The notes under the pieces: model-generated
Database searches by the model: none
Seen by the model: only the letters and a program-made list of their open reading frames with translations
Told to the model about the DNA's origin: nothing
Program-made: the position numbers and the translations under genes
Assembly: GCA_016926735.1 (NCBI GenBank)
Contig: JAFGOA010000036.1
Location: 1 to 64,000 of the forward strand
Length of the DNA stretch: 64,000 bases
Direction: 5' to 3'
Origin: Promethearchaeota archaeon
GTDB taxonomy: Archaea > Asgardarchaeota > Lokiarchaeia > Sigyniarchaeales > SOKP01
Part shown: one piece after another, positions 20,759-30,463 of the stretch
Layout: every line of letters starts with the position of its first letter
Position numbering within the stretch: position 1 is the first letter of the stretch

Positions 20759-20974
20759 ATGGATAGTCAATTAAAGCGACATTTAAAATATTATCAATAT
20801 TTAGAATTTGTTAGAGAAAAATCTTTACTATTAGATGATATACAAAAAGATATCTTTAAATTAGTTATCCAAAATTATGATTTAGATCTTACTAAAAATC
20901 AAATCTCTGAAGAAATAGAATATATTAGGAGTGCAATGAATAGAAAATTAAAAAAAGAAGATTATGTTTGTTAG
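20759..20974 (+). CDS. Small helical hypothetical protein
   Basis: 71-aa ORF in intergenic space with typical composition; TATA-like AAAGCTTTTATAA about 55 nt upstream. Confidence 0.55.
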   Translation: MDSQLKRHLKYYQYLEFVREKSLLLDDIQKDIFKLVIQNYDLDLTKNQISEEIEYIRSAMNRKLKKEDYVC

Positions 20975-21190
20975 ATATATATTCATAAAAGAAACCAATG
21001 AATAAAAATAAAGATTTTCCTTTTAAGCTTATGTATCTAATCAATTTTGAAAAAAATAGTTGTAGAATCTTCACTCAAAAAATAGCTTTTTTTTTTTAAT
21101 ATAATGCAAACCTTTTTTTTATTTTAATTGCTAAATTCAATATGATATAATTATTTAAGGAAAACAATAATAATTAAAAGATGTATCTTA

Positions 21191-21412
21191 ATGATTAAAG
21201 AAAAGACAGTTTGGATCGTTATGGTTGGAATAGCTTTGGCTTTCATTTTATATTTATCTATTGATATGTTTATACCTGACTATTTAAAATTAGTTACGTT
21301 TTTATTACTACTTATAGGTTTTGAATTATTAGTATTTTTGATTTTTAATAAAAGAAAAAAAAAGAAAGAAAAATCAGACGATCAATTTGATTATCTTTTC
21401 AATGAAAAATAA
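21191..21412 (+). CDS. Small two-TM membrane protein
   Basis: Two hydrophobic helices followed by a basic KRKKKKEK tail. Confidence 0.6.
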   Translation: MIKEKTVWIVMVGIALAFILYLSIDMFIPDYLKLVTFLLLLIGFELLVFLIFNKRKKKKEKSDDQFDYLFNEK

Positions 21413-21421
21413 TCTTATACT

Positions 21422-21817
21422 TTATTTTTTTTCCATATCTCTACTTGCTATGATGTTAACATCTTCATTTGTAATATTTTTTATCAAAATATCTCCCATT
21501 TTGACTGGAGCTTTAATTGTAGTGTTTGCTATGATTTGAAATGCTTCATTCAGTTTCTCTTTTAGTAATGGTTTATTGGACCTAACAGGTAAAAGTGGAT
21601 GAATAGCATTATCTATTTTAATAGTTGTTGTCATAATTCTTTTAGGTTCAAAAAATTCTTGCTGTGCATATTCTAATCCACGTTTGCATGTATATCCTTG
21701 GAAAGTATTCTTTCCCTCAATATCTTCCCTCACTTCTATTAAACACCCAGTTGGACAAACTATACAACGAATTGTTTTAATTATCCCTGTGTCTTCACAT
21801 TCTTTCATAAAAATCAC
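21422..21817 (-). CDS. DUF1667-type CxxC small protein of the GlpA-like cluster
   Basis: CIVCPTGC, GYTCKRG..YA..E...PKR..TTT, APVKMGD. Confidence 0.88.
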   Translation of the reverse strand: MIFMKECEDTGIIKTIRCIVCPTGCLIEVREDIEGKNTFQGYTCKRGLEYAQQEFFEPKRIMTTTIKIDNAIHPLLPVRSNKPLLKEKLNEAFQIIANTTIKAPVKMGDILIKNITNEDVNIIASRDMEKK

Positions 21818-21822
21818 TTCTA

Positions 21823-23115
21823 TTATTCTATTAAAGGTTCTAATAGCGGTATAACTTCAATAATTAAGCCATTACAATTAGGATTTAAGTCTATTTCGTT
21901 TATTTTTATATTTAATTCAATCATTTCACTCGGAATAACATAAGATTTCTTTTTTTTATATATTATCCTATTTGTATCATCCTTAATATTAATTTGGACT
22001 CTTCTATCAGGATTTTTTACTCTTAAATTAATAATAATATCATGGATATTTTCACTAAGAGATATATTGTCAGGTTTTACATAATTTACATTATTGCCCG
22101 GAAAAAGACAGATACTCTGTATAGTCTTTAATTTTTTTTTATATCTTGTATTGATATAATCAACAGCATTCTTTCCAGCTCTTTTTGCTTCTGCAGTTAC
22201 AAGATCAACTAGATCATGAACTTGGAGAACATTTCCGCATGCGAAGACCCCTTCTAAGGTAGTTTCTAAATTATTATTAATTACTGGCCCCCCCATTGAA
22301 GAAATCTCAGCACCAGCATCCCTTGTTAGTTCATTTTCAGGTATTAAACCAACTGATAATAAAAGAGCATCACACTCAATAAATCTTTCAGTACCTATAA
22401 TACGATCGTAATCTTTTGTAACCGCTTCTATGGTAACTCCCTTTAATCTATCTTTTCCATGGATTTTAGTGACAGTATAACTTGTAATTAGAGGAATATT
22501 GTAATCTTCCAGACATTGTACTTCATTTCTTAGTAAACCACTTACATAAGGTTGAATTTCTACTACTGCTTTAACTTTACATCCTTCCCATGTTAGTCTC
22601 CTTGCCATTATCATTCCAATATCTCCACTACCTAAAATAACAATTGTTTTTCCAGGTAAGTATCCTTCAATATTCACAAATCTTTGAACTTGACCCGCTG
22701 TGAATATGCCTGCAGGTCTAAAACCAGGGACGTTTATTGCTCCTCTTGTTCTTTCTCTACAACCCATAGCCAAAATTATTGCTTTAGGAATAATTTCAAT
22801 TAATCCTTCATTTTTGTTTACTGCATATAATTTGTTATCAAAAGCTATCTCTATTACCATAGTATCTAATTTATAAGGGATTTGAAGTTGATTTACCTGA
22901 TCAATAAATAATTGAGCATATTCTGGTCCAGTTAGCTCTTTATCAAACTCTTTTATACCAAATCCATTATGAATGCATTGCATTAAAATACCACCCAATT
23001 CGATCCCTCTCTCTAATAAAAGAACTTCGAGACCTGCTTTTTTAACTTCAATTGCAGCAGCTAATCCTGCTGCTCCACTTCCAATCACTGCAACATCTGT
23101 TTTATATGTATTCAT
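21823..23115 (-). CDS. NAD(P)/FAD-dependent oxidoreductase, partner of the GlpA-like subunit
   Basis: GSGAAG, GGILMQCIHNGFG, LTGPEY, AMGCRER, GSGDIG, GVFACGN. Confidence 0.9.
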   Translation of the reverse strand: MNTYKTDVAVIGSGAAGLAAAIEVKKAGLEVLLLERGIELGGILMQCIHNGFGIKEFDKELTGPEYAQLFIDQVNQLQIPYKLDTMVIEIAFDNKLYAVNKNEGLIEIIPKAIILAMGCRERTRGAINVPGFRPAGIFTAGQVQRFVNIEGYLPGKTIVILGSGDIGMIMARRLTWEGCKVKAVVEIQPYVSGLLRNEVQCLEDYNIPLITSYTVTKIHGKDRLKGVTIEAVTKDYDRIIGTERFIECDALLLSVGLIPENELTRDAGAEISSMGGPVINNNLETTLEGVFACGNVLQVHDLVDLVTAEAKRAGKNAVDYINTRYKKKLKTIQSICLFPGNNVNYVKPDNISLSENIHDIIINLRVKNPDRRVQINIKDDTNRIIYKKKKSYVIPSEMIELNIKINEIDLNPNCNGLIIEVIPLLEPLIE

Positions 23116-24596
23116 TTTAAATTTCCCTTTTCTAATAATTGTGTTAATAACAGATCTTTAGTTTTTGCTATCAATATATTTGTATCCTCTCCTTTCTTTG
23201 TTATCGCTTGATAAGGGATATTTAATTCATTAGAAAGGATTTCCATAACCCGAGGTCTACAAAAACCAGCTTGACATCTTCCCATACCTGCTCTACAACG
23301 GAATTTTACACCATCTAAAGTAGTTGCCCCTACAGGAGCTTGTATTGCATTTAAAATCTCTCTCTCTGATATTTTCTCACATCTACAAATTATCCTTCCC
23401 CAAGAAGAATCCTCTTTAATTTTTTTCTCTAATTGTTTTTTTGAAAAATCAGTAAATCTCTCAGGTTTAGGTCTATAAGGATTATAATTATCCTTAAGTT
23501 TAAGTTCAACACCAAGAAGTTCAAGAATATCAATCACCTTCTCTGCTATCGCAAAACTTGAAGTTAAACCTGGAGATAATATTCCTGCTACATTGATAAA
23601 TCCATATATCTCAGTATTGTCAATTATAAAATCATAAGTATTAGAAACAGCTCTTAATCCTGCAAAATTTTGAATAGATGCTCTAAGAGGCAAATTGGGT
23701 ACTAATTTCCTAGCTCCTTCAAGTATTTCTTTTAATCCTGCTGTTGTTGTAGATGTATCTTCTAAATCATTAATATTTTGTGCATTGGGACCGACAAAAG
23801 CATTACCATGAAAAGTAGGACATACAAGAATTCCCTTTGATAATTTTGTTTGAGTTGGAAATAATATTTTATTTAATTGAATACTATTACGATCAAAAAG
23901 AATATATTCACCTTTTCTTGGTGTTATGTCAAAATAATCTAAACCAAGCATTTTGGATATTTTTGCTGAATACAATCCTGCACAATTAATCAAATTTGAA
24001 CACTTAAATTCATTTCTTGGAGTTGTTATCTTAAATGTATATTCACTATGATCGATTTTAATTACTTCTTGATTTCTAAAGAATTTTACACCATTAATAG
24101 CTGCATTCTCAGCTAGGGCAAATGTCATTTCATATGGACTTACGATCCCAGCAGATGGCGCATGTAAAACACCTATAACATCCTCAGAAAGATGAGGTTC
24201 CATTTTCAGAATTTTTTGTTTATCTAAAATAAGTTCGAGATCTAAGACACCATCTTCAATCCCCTTTTTTCTTAATTCTTCTAAAAGTTTAATTTCCTCA
24301 ACCTCAAATGCAACTACAAAAGATCCTATTCTTTTAAAAGGAAAATTCAATTCTTTTGCTGCTTGAGTATATAATTTATTTCCCCTGATACAGAGATTTC
24401 TCTTGATATATTGTCGTTCTGCAGAGTATCCCGCATGTATTACCCCAGAATTTGCTTTGGTTGTTCCCATTGCAATATCAGCATTTTTTTCTAATAAACA
24501 TATTTTTAGATTATATTTACTCAATGCTCTAGCAATATTACATCCGATAACTCCGCCTCCAATTATGATTATATCATAAATTTCTGATGATAACAA
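23112..24596 (-). CDS. FAD-dependent glycerol-3-phosphate dehydrogenase-like (GlpA/LhgO family) with BFD-like [2Fe-2S] domain
   Basis: GGGVIG, GTTKANSGVIHAG, GILSPGLTSS, ICRCE...RAGMGRCQAGFC. Confidence 0.88.
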   Translation of the reverse strand: MLSSEIYDIIIIGGGVIGCNIARALSKYNLKICLLEKNADIAMGTTKANSGVIHAGYSAERQYIKRNLCIRGNKLYTQAAKELNFPFKRIGSFVVAFEVEEIKLLEELRKKGIEDGVLDLELILDKQKILKMEPHLSEDVIGVLHAPSAGIVSPYEMTFALAENAAINGVKFFRNQEVIKIDHSEYTFKITTPRNEFKCSNLINCAGLYSAKISKMLGLDYFDITPRKGEYILFDRNSIQLNKILFPTQTKLSKGILVCPTFHGNAFVGPNAQNINDLEDTSTTTAGLKEILEGARKLVPNLPLRASIQNFAGLRAVSNTYDFIIDNTEIYGFINVAGILSPGLTSSFAIAEKVIDILELLGVELKLKDNYNPYRPKPERFTDFSKKQLEKKIKEDSSWGRIICRCEKISEREILNAIQAPVGATTLDGVKFRCRAGMGRCQAGFCRPRVMEILSNELNIPYQAITKKGEDTNILIAKTKDLLLTQLLEKGNLK

Positions 24597-24741
24597 TTCT
24601 ATTAGGACCTTTTTACAAAATTTAAATTATATTTACTAAAATCAAATTATTAAATACTCAATTTTTTTTTAAATTTATTTAATAAATAATAGATAAATGA
24701 TAACATAGATTAATCGGATTTAAACAAAAAAACTATGAGAA

Positions 24742-25062
24742 TTAAGAATAAAATTTAAAAGAAAACCATAAAAGATTAAAAATGACGATTATTAAAATCA
24801 ATATTTTTGTAAAAGGATTAAATAATGAGTTTTTTATTGATTTATTCAGTTTAATTTGGTGATTAGTTTTTATTAAATTTTCTATTTGAGAAATATTATT
24901 ATCTATTGGTTTATCAAGATGTATCGAGCCTAAAAATCGTGGTTTATACAAATTCTTAATTATATTATCTATATAATTTGAAGGAATGGAATTAAAATGA
25001 GAATCTTTTTTTTCTTGTACTATATCTTTTTTTTTTTTATAGTTCTCCATAATTATATTCAC
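24742..25062 (-). CDS. Small protein with a single C-terminal TM (tail-anchor-like)
   Basis: Hydrophilic body with ILILIIVIFNLLWF near the C-terminus. Confidence 0.55.
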   Translation of the reverse strand: MNIIMENYKKKKDIVQEKKDSHFNSIPSNYIDNIIKNLYKPRFLGSIHLDKPIDNNISQIENLIKTNHQIKLNKSIKNSLFNPFTKILILIIVIFNLLWFSFKFYS

Positions 25063-25229
25063 TCAGATAGTTAAAGTTCTAAATTCTATAAAGTAAACTA
25101 GTCTTATAATTTTTATTGATTATAATTTTATTTTCATATATAATTTCTTTAGTCTAATTTTTGATAAATAATATCTTACTATAAATATAAAAAAGTGGAC
25201 TTAGAAACCAAATATCTATTAAAAAAAAA

Positions 25230-25640
25230 CTACCAAATTGCATCTTGAAATTTCTTTACGGCATCTTTTAATGATGTTTCAATATGTTTTTCAAAATCAG
25301 TAAATATAGAAACGTCATAGTCCCAATTTGATAATTTTTCTCCATATATTTCATAGAATTTACGCGATATTCTTTCCAATTCTTGCTTTATTTTTTTTTC
25401 TTTTTCTTTATTAGCAGTATTTGCAATAAATAATAGATCTTTATGTTTGATAATTGTAAATTTTTTATTTCTTAATTCAAAGTTTGAAATACCTCCTTCT
25501 ACTATCGTCTCAGCAAATTGGTTTATTGCACTCATTAGGGCTCCAAATAATTGATCATTGATTTTTGAATTATAAACATGACTATATACTGTTATCCCAC
25601 TACTAGTTAAAATCCATAAATCTTGTATTATTTTTCCCAT
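25230..25640 (-). CDS. Stand-alone longin-like domain protein
   Basis: LWILTSSGITVYS beta hairpin, DQLFGALMSAINQFA helix, three strands, L..I..KFYE.Y, W..DVS.F. Confidence 0.7.
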   Translation of the reverse strand: MGKIIQDLWILTSSGITVYSHVYNSKINDQLFGALMSAINQFAETIVEGGISNFELRNKKFTIIKHKDLLFIANTANKEKEKKIKQELERISRKFYEIYGEKLSNWDYDVSIFTDFEKHIETSLKDAVKKFQDAIW

Positions 25641-25842
25641 ATTATATCCAAAAATAAATCCTATTTATTCAATAAAAGAATTAAAATTATCATATTAATA
25701 ATTTTTTAATTGTTATTCCTCATGTGAATTATAAGACTTTTATTCTATTTTTATTTTAACTTAGTTCCTTATGGCTAATATTTTTAATTTTATTTCTTTT
25801 ATATTTTATAGTTATTTATATTTTTTAGATCCAGATCATAAA

Positions 25843-27576
25843 ATGAGTCAATATTATAAAAAACCAAATTTAACTGTTTTATCACATTTTAAATCAATAG
25901 TGGGAGAAGAAAATTATTTTGATAATATCGAGACCAGATGGAGTTATGCTTTTGGAGGAATTAATTTTCAAAAAAAATGGATACCTGATTTAGTTTTAAT
26001 ACCAAAAACAACAGAGCAAATTAGGAAAATATTAAAAATAGCTAATAAAGAAAAAATTCCAGTTACCCCTAGAGGAATGGGTACGAGTTTATCTGGAGGT
26101 CAATTAACACCTTATGCAGGAATTGTACTCGATTTATCAAGAATGAATAGAATAATTAAAATTGATATAATTAACAATTATGTTGAACTTGAACCGGGAG
26201 TTATTTGTGATGATTTAAATAATATATTAAAAACACAGGGTTATTTTTTTCCTCCAGATCCGGGTTCAAGTTCGGTTGCAACTATAGGAGGTATGGTTGC
26301 TTCTAATGCCGGAGGAATTCAAGCTTTTAAATATGGTGTTACTAAGCAATATGTATTATTTTTAGAAGTAGTCTTATCAAATGGTGAAATTTTAAAATTA
26401 GGTTCTGAAGTATTAAAATCAGTTGAAACATACAATATTAAAGACTTATTCATAGGTTCAGAGGGCTCATTAGGAATTATTACTAAGATAGGGCTTAAGA
26501 TAAGACCTTTACCATCCTTTAGGAAATTAGGATTGTTTATTTTTAACAAAATTGAAAGTATTCAAAACATAGCTATTAAAATTAGAGAAAAAGGAATAAT
26601 TCCAAATATCTTAGAATTTATGGATAAATCCATCTTAAAAGCTATTATTAGCTATTTAAAAGGTGATTTTCTCAATTTTCCAGAAGGATATGTATTAATC
26701 ATAGAACTTGATGCAGAGAATAATAAGGTAATAAAGGAAGAATTTGAAGAAATAAAAAAAATTATTGACATAAATACACCAATTTTCACAAAAATTGCTA
26801 AAGATGATACAGAAAGAGAAAGTCTTATTTTAGCGAGAAAATCCAGTCTTCCAGCACTTTCTAAAATAAGTCCTACTTGTTGTGTAGAGGATTGCTCTAT
26901 TAAAATTTCTGATTTTGCAGAAATTATAAAAAAAATTGAGGATATACCAGAAAAAATTAACGCAAAAAATTTGAAAGTTGCTATTTCTTCCCATATGGAA
27001 GGAAATCTTCATCCTAAATTTATATTTAATGAGAATAATCCTAATGACTTAGAAGAATTCAAAAAAGCTATGGAATATTTATATTTAAAAATTATTATCC
27101 CTTCTGGCGGATCCATAACAGGAGAACATGGAATTGGAAAAGTTAAAGGAGAATTTTTAAATATTAAACTTAAAAATAATATAATTGAATTAATGGAAAA
27201 AATAAAGAGAATATTTGATCCAAATCAAATTCTAAATCCAGGAATTGGAAAGGGAGATAAAAGAAAACTAATATTGAGAAGAGATGCAAGGATTTTAAAA
27301 AATTATAAAGGTGCAATTTTAAAGTTAAATTGTATGAGGTGTGGATTTTGTGTAAAACATTGTCCTTCATGGATTCTCCATAATACTGAAACTTATAGTC
27401 CAAGAGGTAGGTTGAGTATTTTAAATGGATTAGTATATGGTGATCTGGAATTTAATAATAACATCTATGATATCTTTCATTCCTGCACTTTATGTGGATT
27501 ATGTGTTGAAAAATGCCCATCAAAAGTGAATACATTATCAATTTTCGAAAAATTCAGAGGAATTTTACACAGTTAA
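25843..27576 (+). CDS. FAD-linked oxidase (GlcD/D-lactate dehydrogenase-like) with C-terminal 2x[4Fe-4S] domain
   Basis: PRG.GTSLSGG, FPPDPGS, IGSEGSLGIIT, GNLH, ITGEHGIG; CMRCGFCVKHCP and CTLCGLCVEKCP. Start chosen at ATG 25843. Confidence 0.9.
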   Translation: MSQYYKKPNLTVLSHFKSIVGEENYFDNIETRWSYAFGGINFQKKWIPDLVLIPKTTEQIRKILKIANKEKIPVTPRGMGTSLSGGQLTPYAGIVLDLSRMNRIIKIDIINNYVELEPGVICDDLNNILKTQGYFFPPDPGSSSVATIGGMVASNAGGIQAFKYGVTKQYVLFLEVVLSNGEILKLGSEVLKSVETYNIKDLFIGSEGSLGIITKIGLKIRPLPSFRKLGLFIFNKIESIQNIAIKIREKGIIPNILEFMDKSILKAIISYLKGDFLNFPEGYVLIIELDAENNKVIKEEFEEIKKIIDINTPIFTKIAKDDTERESLILARKSSLPALSKISPTCCVEDCSIKISDFAEIIKKIEDIPEKINAKNLKVAISSHMEGNLHPKFIFNENNPNDLEEFKKAMEYLYLKIIIPSGGSITGEHGIGKVKGEFLNIKLKNNIIELMEKIKRIFDPNQILNPGIGKGDKRKLILRRDARILKNYKGAILKLNCMRCGFCVKHCPSWILHNTETYSPRGRLSILNGLVYGDLEFNNNIYDIFHSCTLCGLCVEKCPSKVNTLSIFEKFRGILHS

Positions 27577-27837
27577 TTTTTTAGAAATATATTATTGCAG
27601 TTTTTTATTAAACAGTATATTTTTTGATATATATGTACTATAATAATGAGACATATATCTTTATATAATAGTTTATCTTAAAAGGTTAATATAGAAAAAA
27701 ATAATATAATCTTATTTTTAAAATTAAGATTAATTCACTACTAAAACCTTTTTAACAAAAAAAAGTACTATACTATGAAAAAATCGAATTTTTTATTCTT
27801 ATCCAATTTTTAAAAATTTAAAAATCTAAGATTAAAT

Positions 27838-28782
27838 ATGATGATCAATAGCTATAAAGATCGATTACGATCTGATGATGATATTGTAAAGGGTAAAGAA
27901 GACACAATTAATTGTTGTGATAGACCAAATCTGGAATGTCGAAAGGGTGATAATGTATGTCTTAATTGTGGTATGATTCTTGGTAGAAATTTAGTGGGTA
28001 ATGAAAGAAGAGCTTACACTATTGAAGAGATTAACAAAAGACGGAGAACAGAACCGAGATGGAGAGAATTTGGTCCAAGAACTATGTTACCAAATACAAA
28101 AACAGATTCAAAAGGTAGATTAATCGGAGCTAAAGGTAAAACTCTTTTTTCACGATTATCAAAAATACAAAATTCATTAGTTTCTAGCATAGAAAGAAAT
28201 TTTTGGGAAGCAAAACCAAAATTAAAGATGCTTGCCTCAAAATTAAATATTCCAGAATATATTAAAGAAACAGCATGGAAGGTATATTGTGTTGTTGCTA
28301 AACGGAAACTTACAATGGGACGTTCCATAGATGGTTTCATTGCAGCAGCATTATATGCAGCAATCAGAGTACATGAATTTCCAAGATTACTTGAAGAAGT
28401 ATGTGAATGTTCATTAACTCCAAGAAGAACAGTGCATAGATCTTTGGGTATGATTGTGAAAGAAGTATTACCAAAATTAGGATTGAAATATAAACCAATA
28501 ACTGCTGAACAACTTGTTTTTAGGTTTGGAAATGACCTTGGTTTACCAATGGGAACTCAAAAGAAAGCAATTAATATGTTAATAAAAGCTTCTAAGAATG
28601 GATTATTAAGAACGGGAAAAGATCCAAAGGGACTTGCTGCAAGTGTTATATATATGGCGGCTAAGTTGACAAATCAAAGAAAGACTCAAGCTGAAGTTAG
28701 TGAAATTGCTAAAGTAACTGAAGTTACACTAAGAAGTCGTTCTAAACAAATTAAAGATAAATTATTAAAATCTAAATTATAA
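27838..28782 (+). CDS. tfb: Transcription initiation factor IIB (paralog 1)
   Basis: Zn ribbon CC...CLNCG, ERN, GRSIDGFIAAALYAAIR, GKDPKGLAA, TQ.EV..IAKVTEVTLR. Confidence 0.93.
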   Translation: MMINSYKDRLRSDDDIVKGKEDTINCCDRPNLECRKGDNVCLNCGMILGRNLVGNERRAYTIEEINKRRRTEPRWREFGPRTMLPNTKTDSKGRLIGAKGKTLFSRLSKIQNSLVSSIERNFWEAKPKLKMLASKLNIPEYIKETAWKVYCVVAKRKLTMGRSIDGFIAAALYAAIRVHEFPRLLEEVCECSLTPRRTVHRSLGMIVKEVLPKLGLKYKPITAEQLVFRFGNDLGLPMGTQKKAINMLIKASKNGLLRTGKDPKGLAASVIYMAAKLTNQRKTQAEVSEIAKVTEVTLRSRSKQIKDKLLKSKL

Positions 28783-29229
28783 CCCTTTCTATAATTACTT
28801 ATACACTTTTTATTATTTTTTTTTGATGAGAGTACTATATTTGAGTATTTATTGATTTCAGATTATCCATTTTTATCCATATTACTCAAAAAGACTACTC
28901 TCTTTATGAAAGAGATGAATTTAATAGAGATATATTAATTATTAAATCATTAATTTCTTCCTCTTTTATTATATTCAAATAATTTATATAATTGAATATT
29001 TTCTTAACATAAAGTATAGGTATGATTTTATATCGCATAAATCCTCTTTGAACGAAAAATTATTCCAAGAATGATGAAATGATTTTTCAGGCATATAAGC
29101 CTTCTCATCGTAGAAGTTGTTATACACTTGTAGGACGTTACAACTATTAAGTTATGTTTTATTCACCAATAATCCTATGATTCTAAAGAATAACTGTTAA
29201 AAAGAATAAAAATTTCAAAATATTAGCCT

Positions 29230-30453
29230 ATGAAATATATTATTTTAATTTGTGATGGTGCTGCTGATTGGCCAATTAAACAACTAGAAAATAAAACAAT
29301 CTTTGAAGCAACAGAGACACCTTATTTAGATCAAATTGCTAGTATTAGTAGAATGGGATTATTAAAAACTGTCCCCGATGGTATGAAACCTGGAAGTGAA
29401 TGCGCTAATATGTCTATAATGGGTTATCGACCAGAAAAAGATCTCAGTGGTCGGGGCCCATTAGAAGCTCTAAGTGCTGGAGTCCCTTTAAATGATTCTG
29501 ATATTGCTTTTAGATGTAATCTTATCACAATTGAAAATAACTTTATTAAAGATTATTCTGCTGGACATATTACTACAGAAGAAGGAAGAATTTTAATTAA
29601 TTATTTACAATCTAAAATTAAAATTGAAGGCGTCGATTTTTATCCTGGAATTCAATATCGTCATATTTTAAGACTAAATGGAAATATTTTTTCTGAAGAA
29701 ATTGAGACTACTCCACCACATGACGTTCTTGATAAAAATTATAAAGATTTTCTCCCTAAACCTAAAGATCCAAAAAATTATAAAGCAATTAAGACTTCTG
29801 AATTAATTATTGACTTAATAAAGCAAAGTAATGAGCTACTACGTAGTCATGAAATAAATCAAATAAGACAATCTAAAGGAAAACGGATAGCATCACATAT
29901 TTTTCCATGGAGTGGAGGTAAAAAGCCTAATATTGAACCATTTAGTAAGAAATTTGGTTTGAATGGATCTGTGATTTCTGCTGTTGATTTGATCTTTGGA
30001 ATAGGAATTGCAGCGGGATTAGATCCAATCTATGTTAAGGGAGCAACAGGATTACCAGATACAAATTATAAAGGTAAAGTGGAGGCAGCTTTGGAAGAAT
30101 TAAAAACAAAAGATTTTGTTTATCTTCACATCGAAGCAATAGATGAAATGGCTCATACAGGTGACTATCAAAAGAAAATGAATGCTTTGAAAGATTTTGA
30201 TCAATATATTGTAAAACCTATATTTGAAGCAGAAGAACTATTCAATCAAGAATTATGTATCGCAATTTTACCTGATCATCCTACTCCATGTGAAATAAGA
30301 ACACATTCAAGAGAACCAGTTCCTTTTGTTATTTATAATCCACAACAAAAAATAAACAATCCGCGAAAATTTTCGGAAAAAAATGCTAAGAATGGAGAAT
30401 ATGGACTTATAGAGAACGGAGAGGATTTTATATATCTTTTAACAAATAATTAG
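29230..30453 (+). CDS. apgM: Cofactor-independent phosphoglycerate mutase (archaeal ApgM type)
   Basis: DGAAD, PGSECAN, GRGPLEA, HIEAIDEMAH, PDHPTP, THSREPVP. Confidence 0.92.
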   Translation: MKYIILICDGAADWPIKQLENKTIFEATETPYLDQIASISRMGLLKTVPDGMKPGSECANMSIMGYRPEKDLSGRGPLEALSAGVPLNDSDIAFRCNLITIENNFIKDYSAGHITTEEGRILINYLQSKIKIEGVDFYPGIQYRHILRLNGNIFSEEIETTPPHDVLDKNYKDFLPKPKDPKNYKAIKTSELIIDLIKQSNELLRSHEINQIRQSKGKRIASHIFPWSGGKKPNIEPFSKKFGLNGSVISAVDLIFGIGIAAGLDPIYVKGATGLPDTNYKGKVEAALEELKTKDFVYLHIEAIDEMAHTGDYQKKMNALKDFDQYIVKPIFEAEELFNQELCIAILPDHPTPCEIRTHSREPVPFVIYNPQQKINNPRKFSEKNAKNGEYGLIENGEDFIYLLTNN

Positions 30454-30463
30454 ATATTATTAA

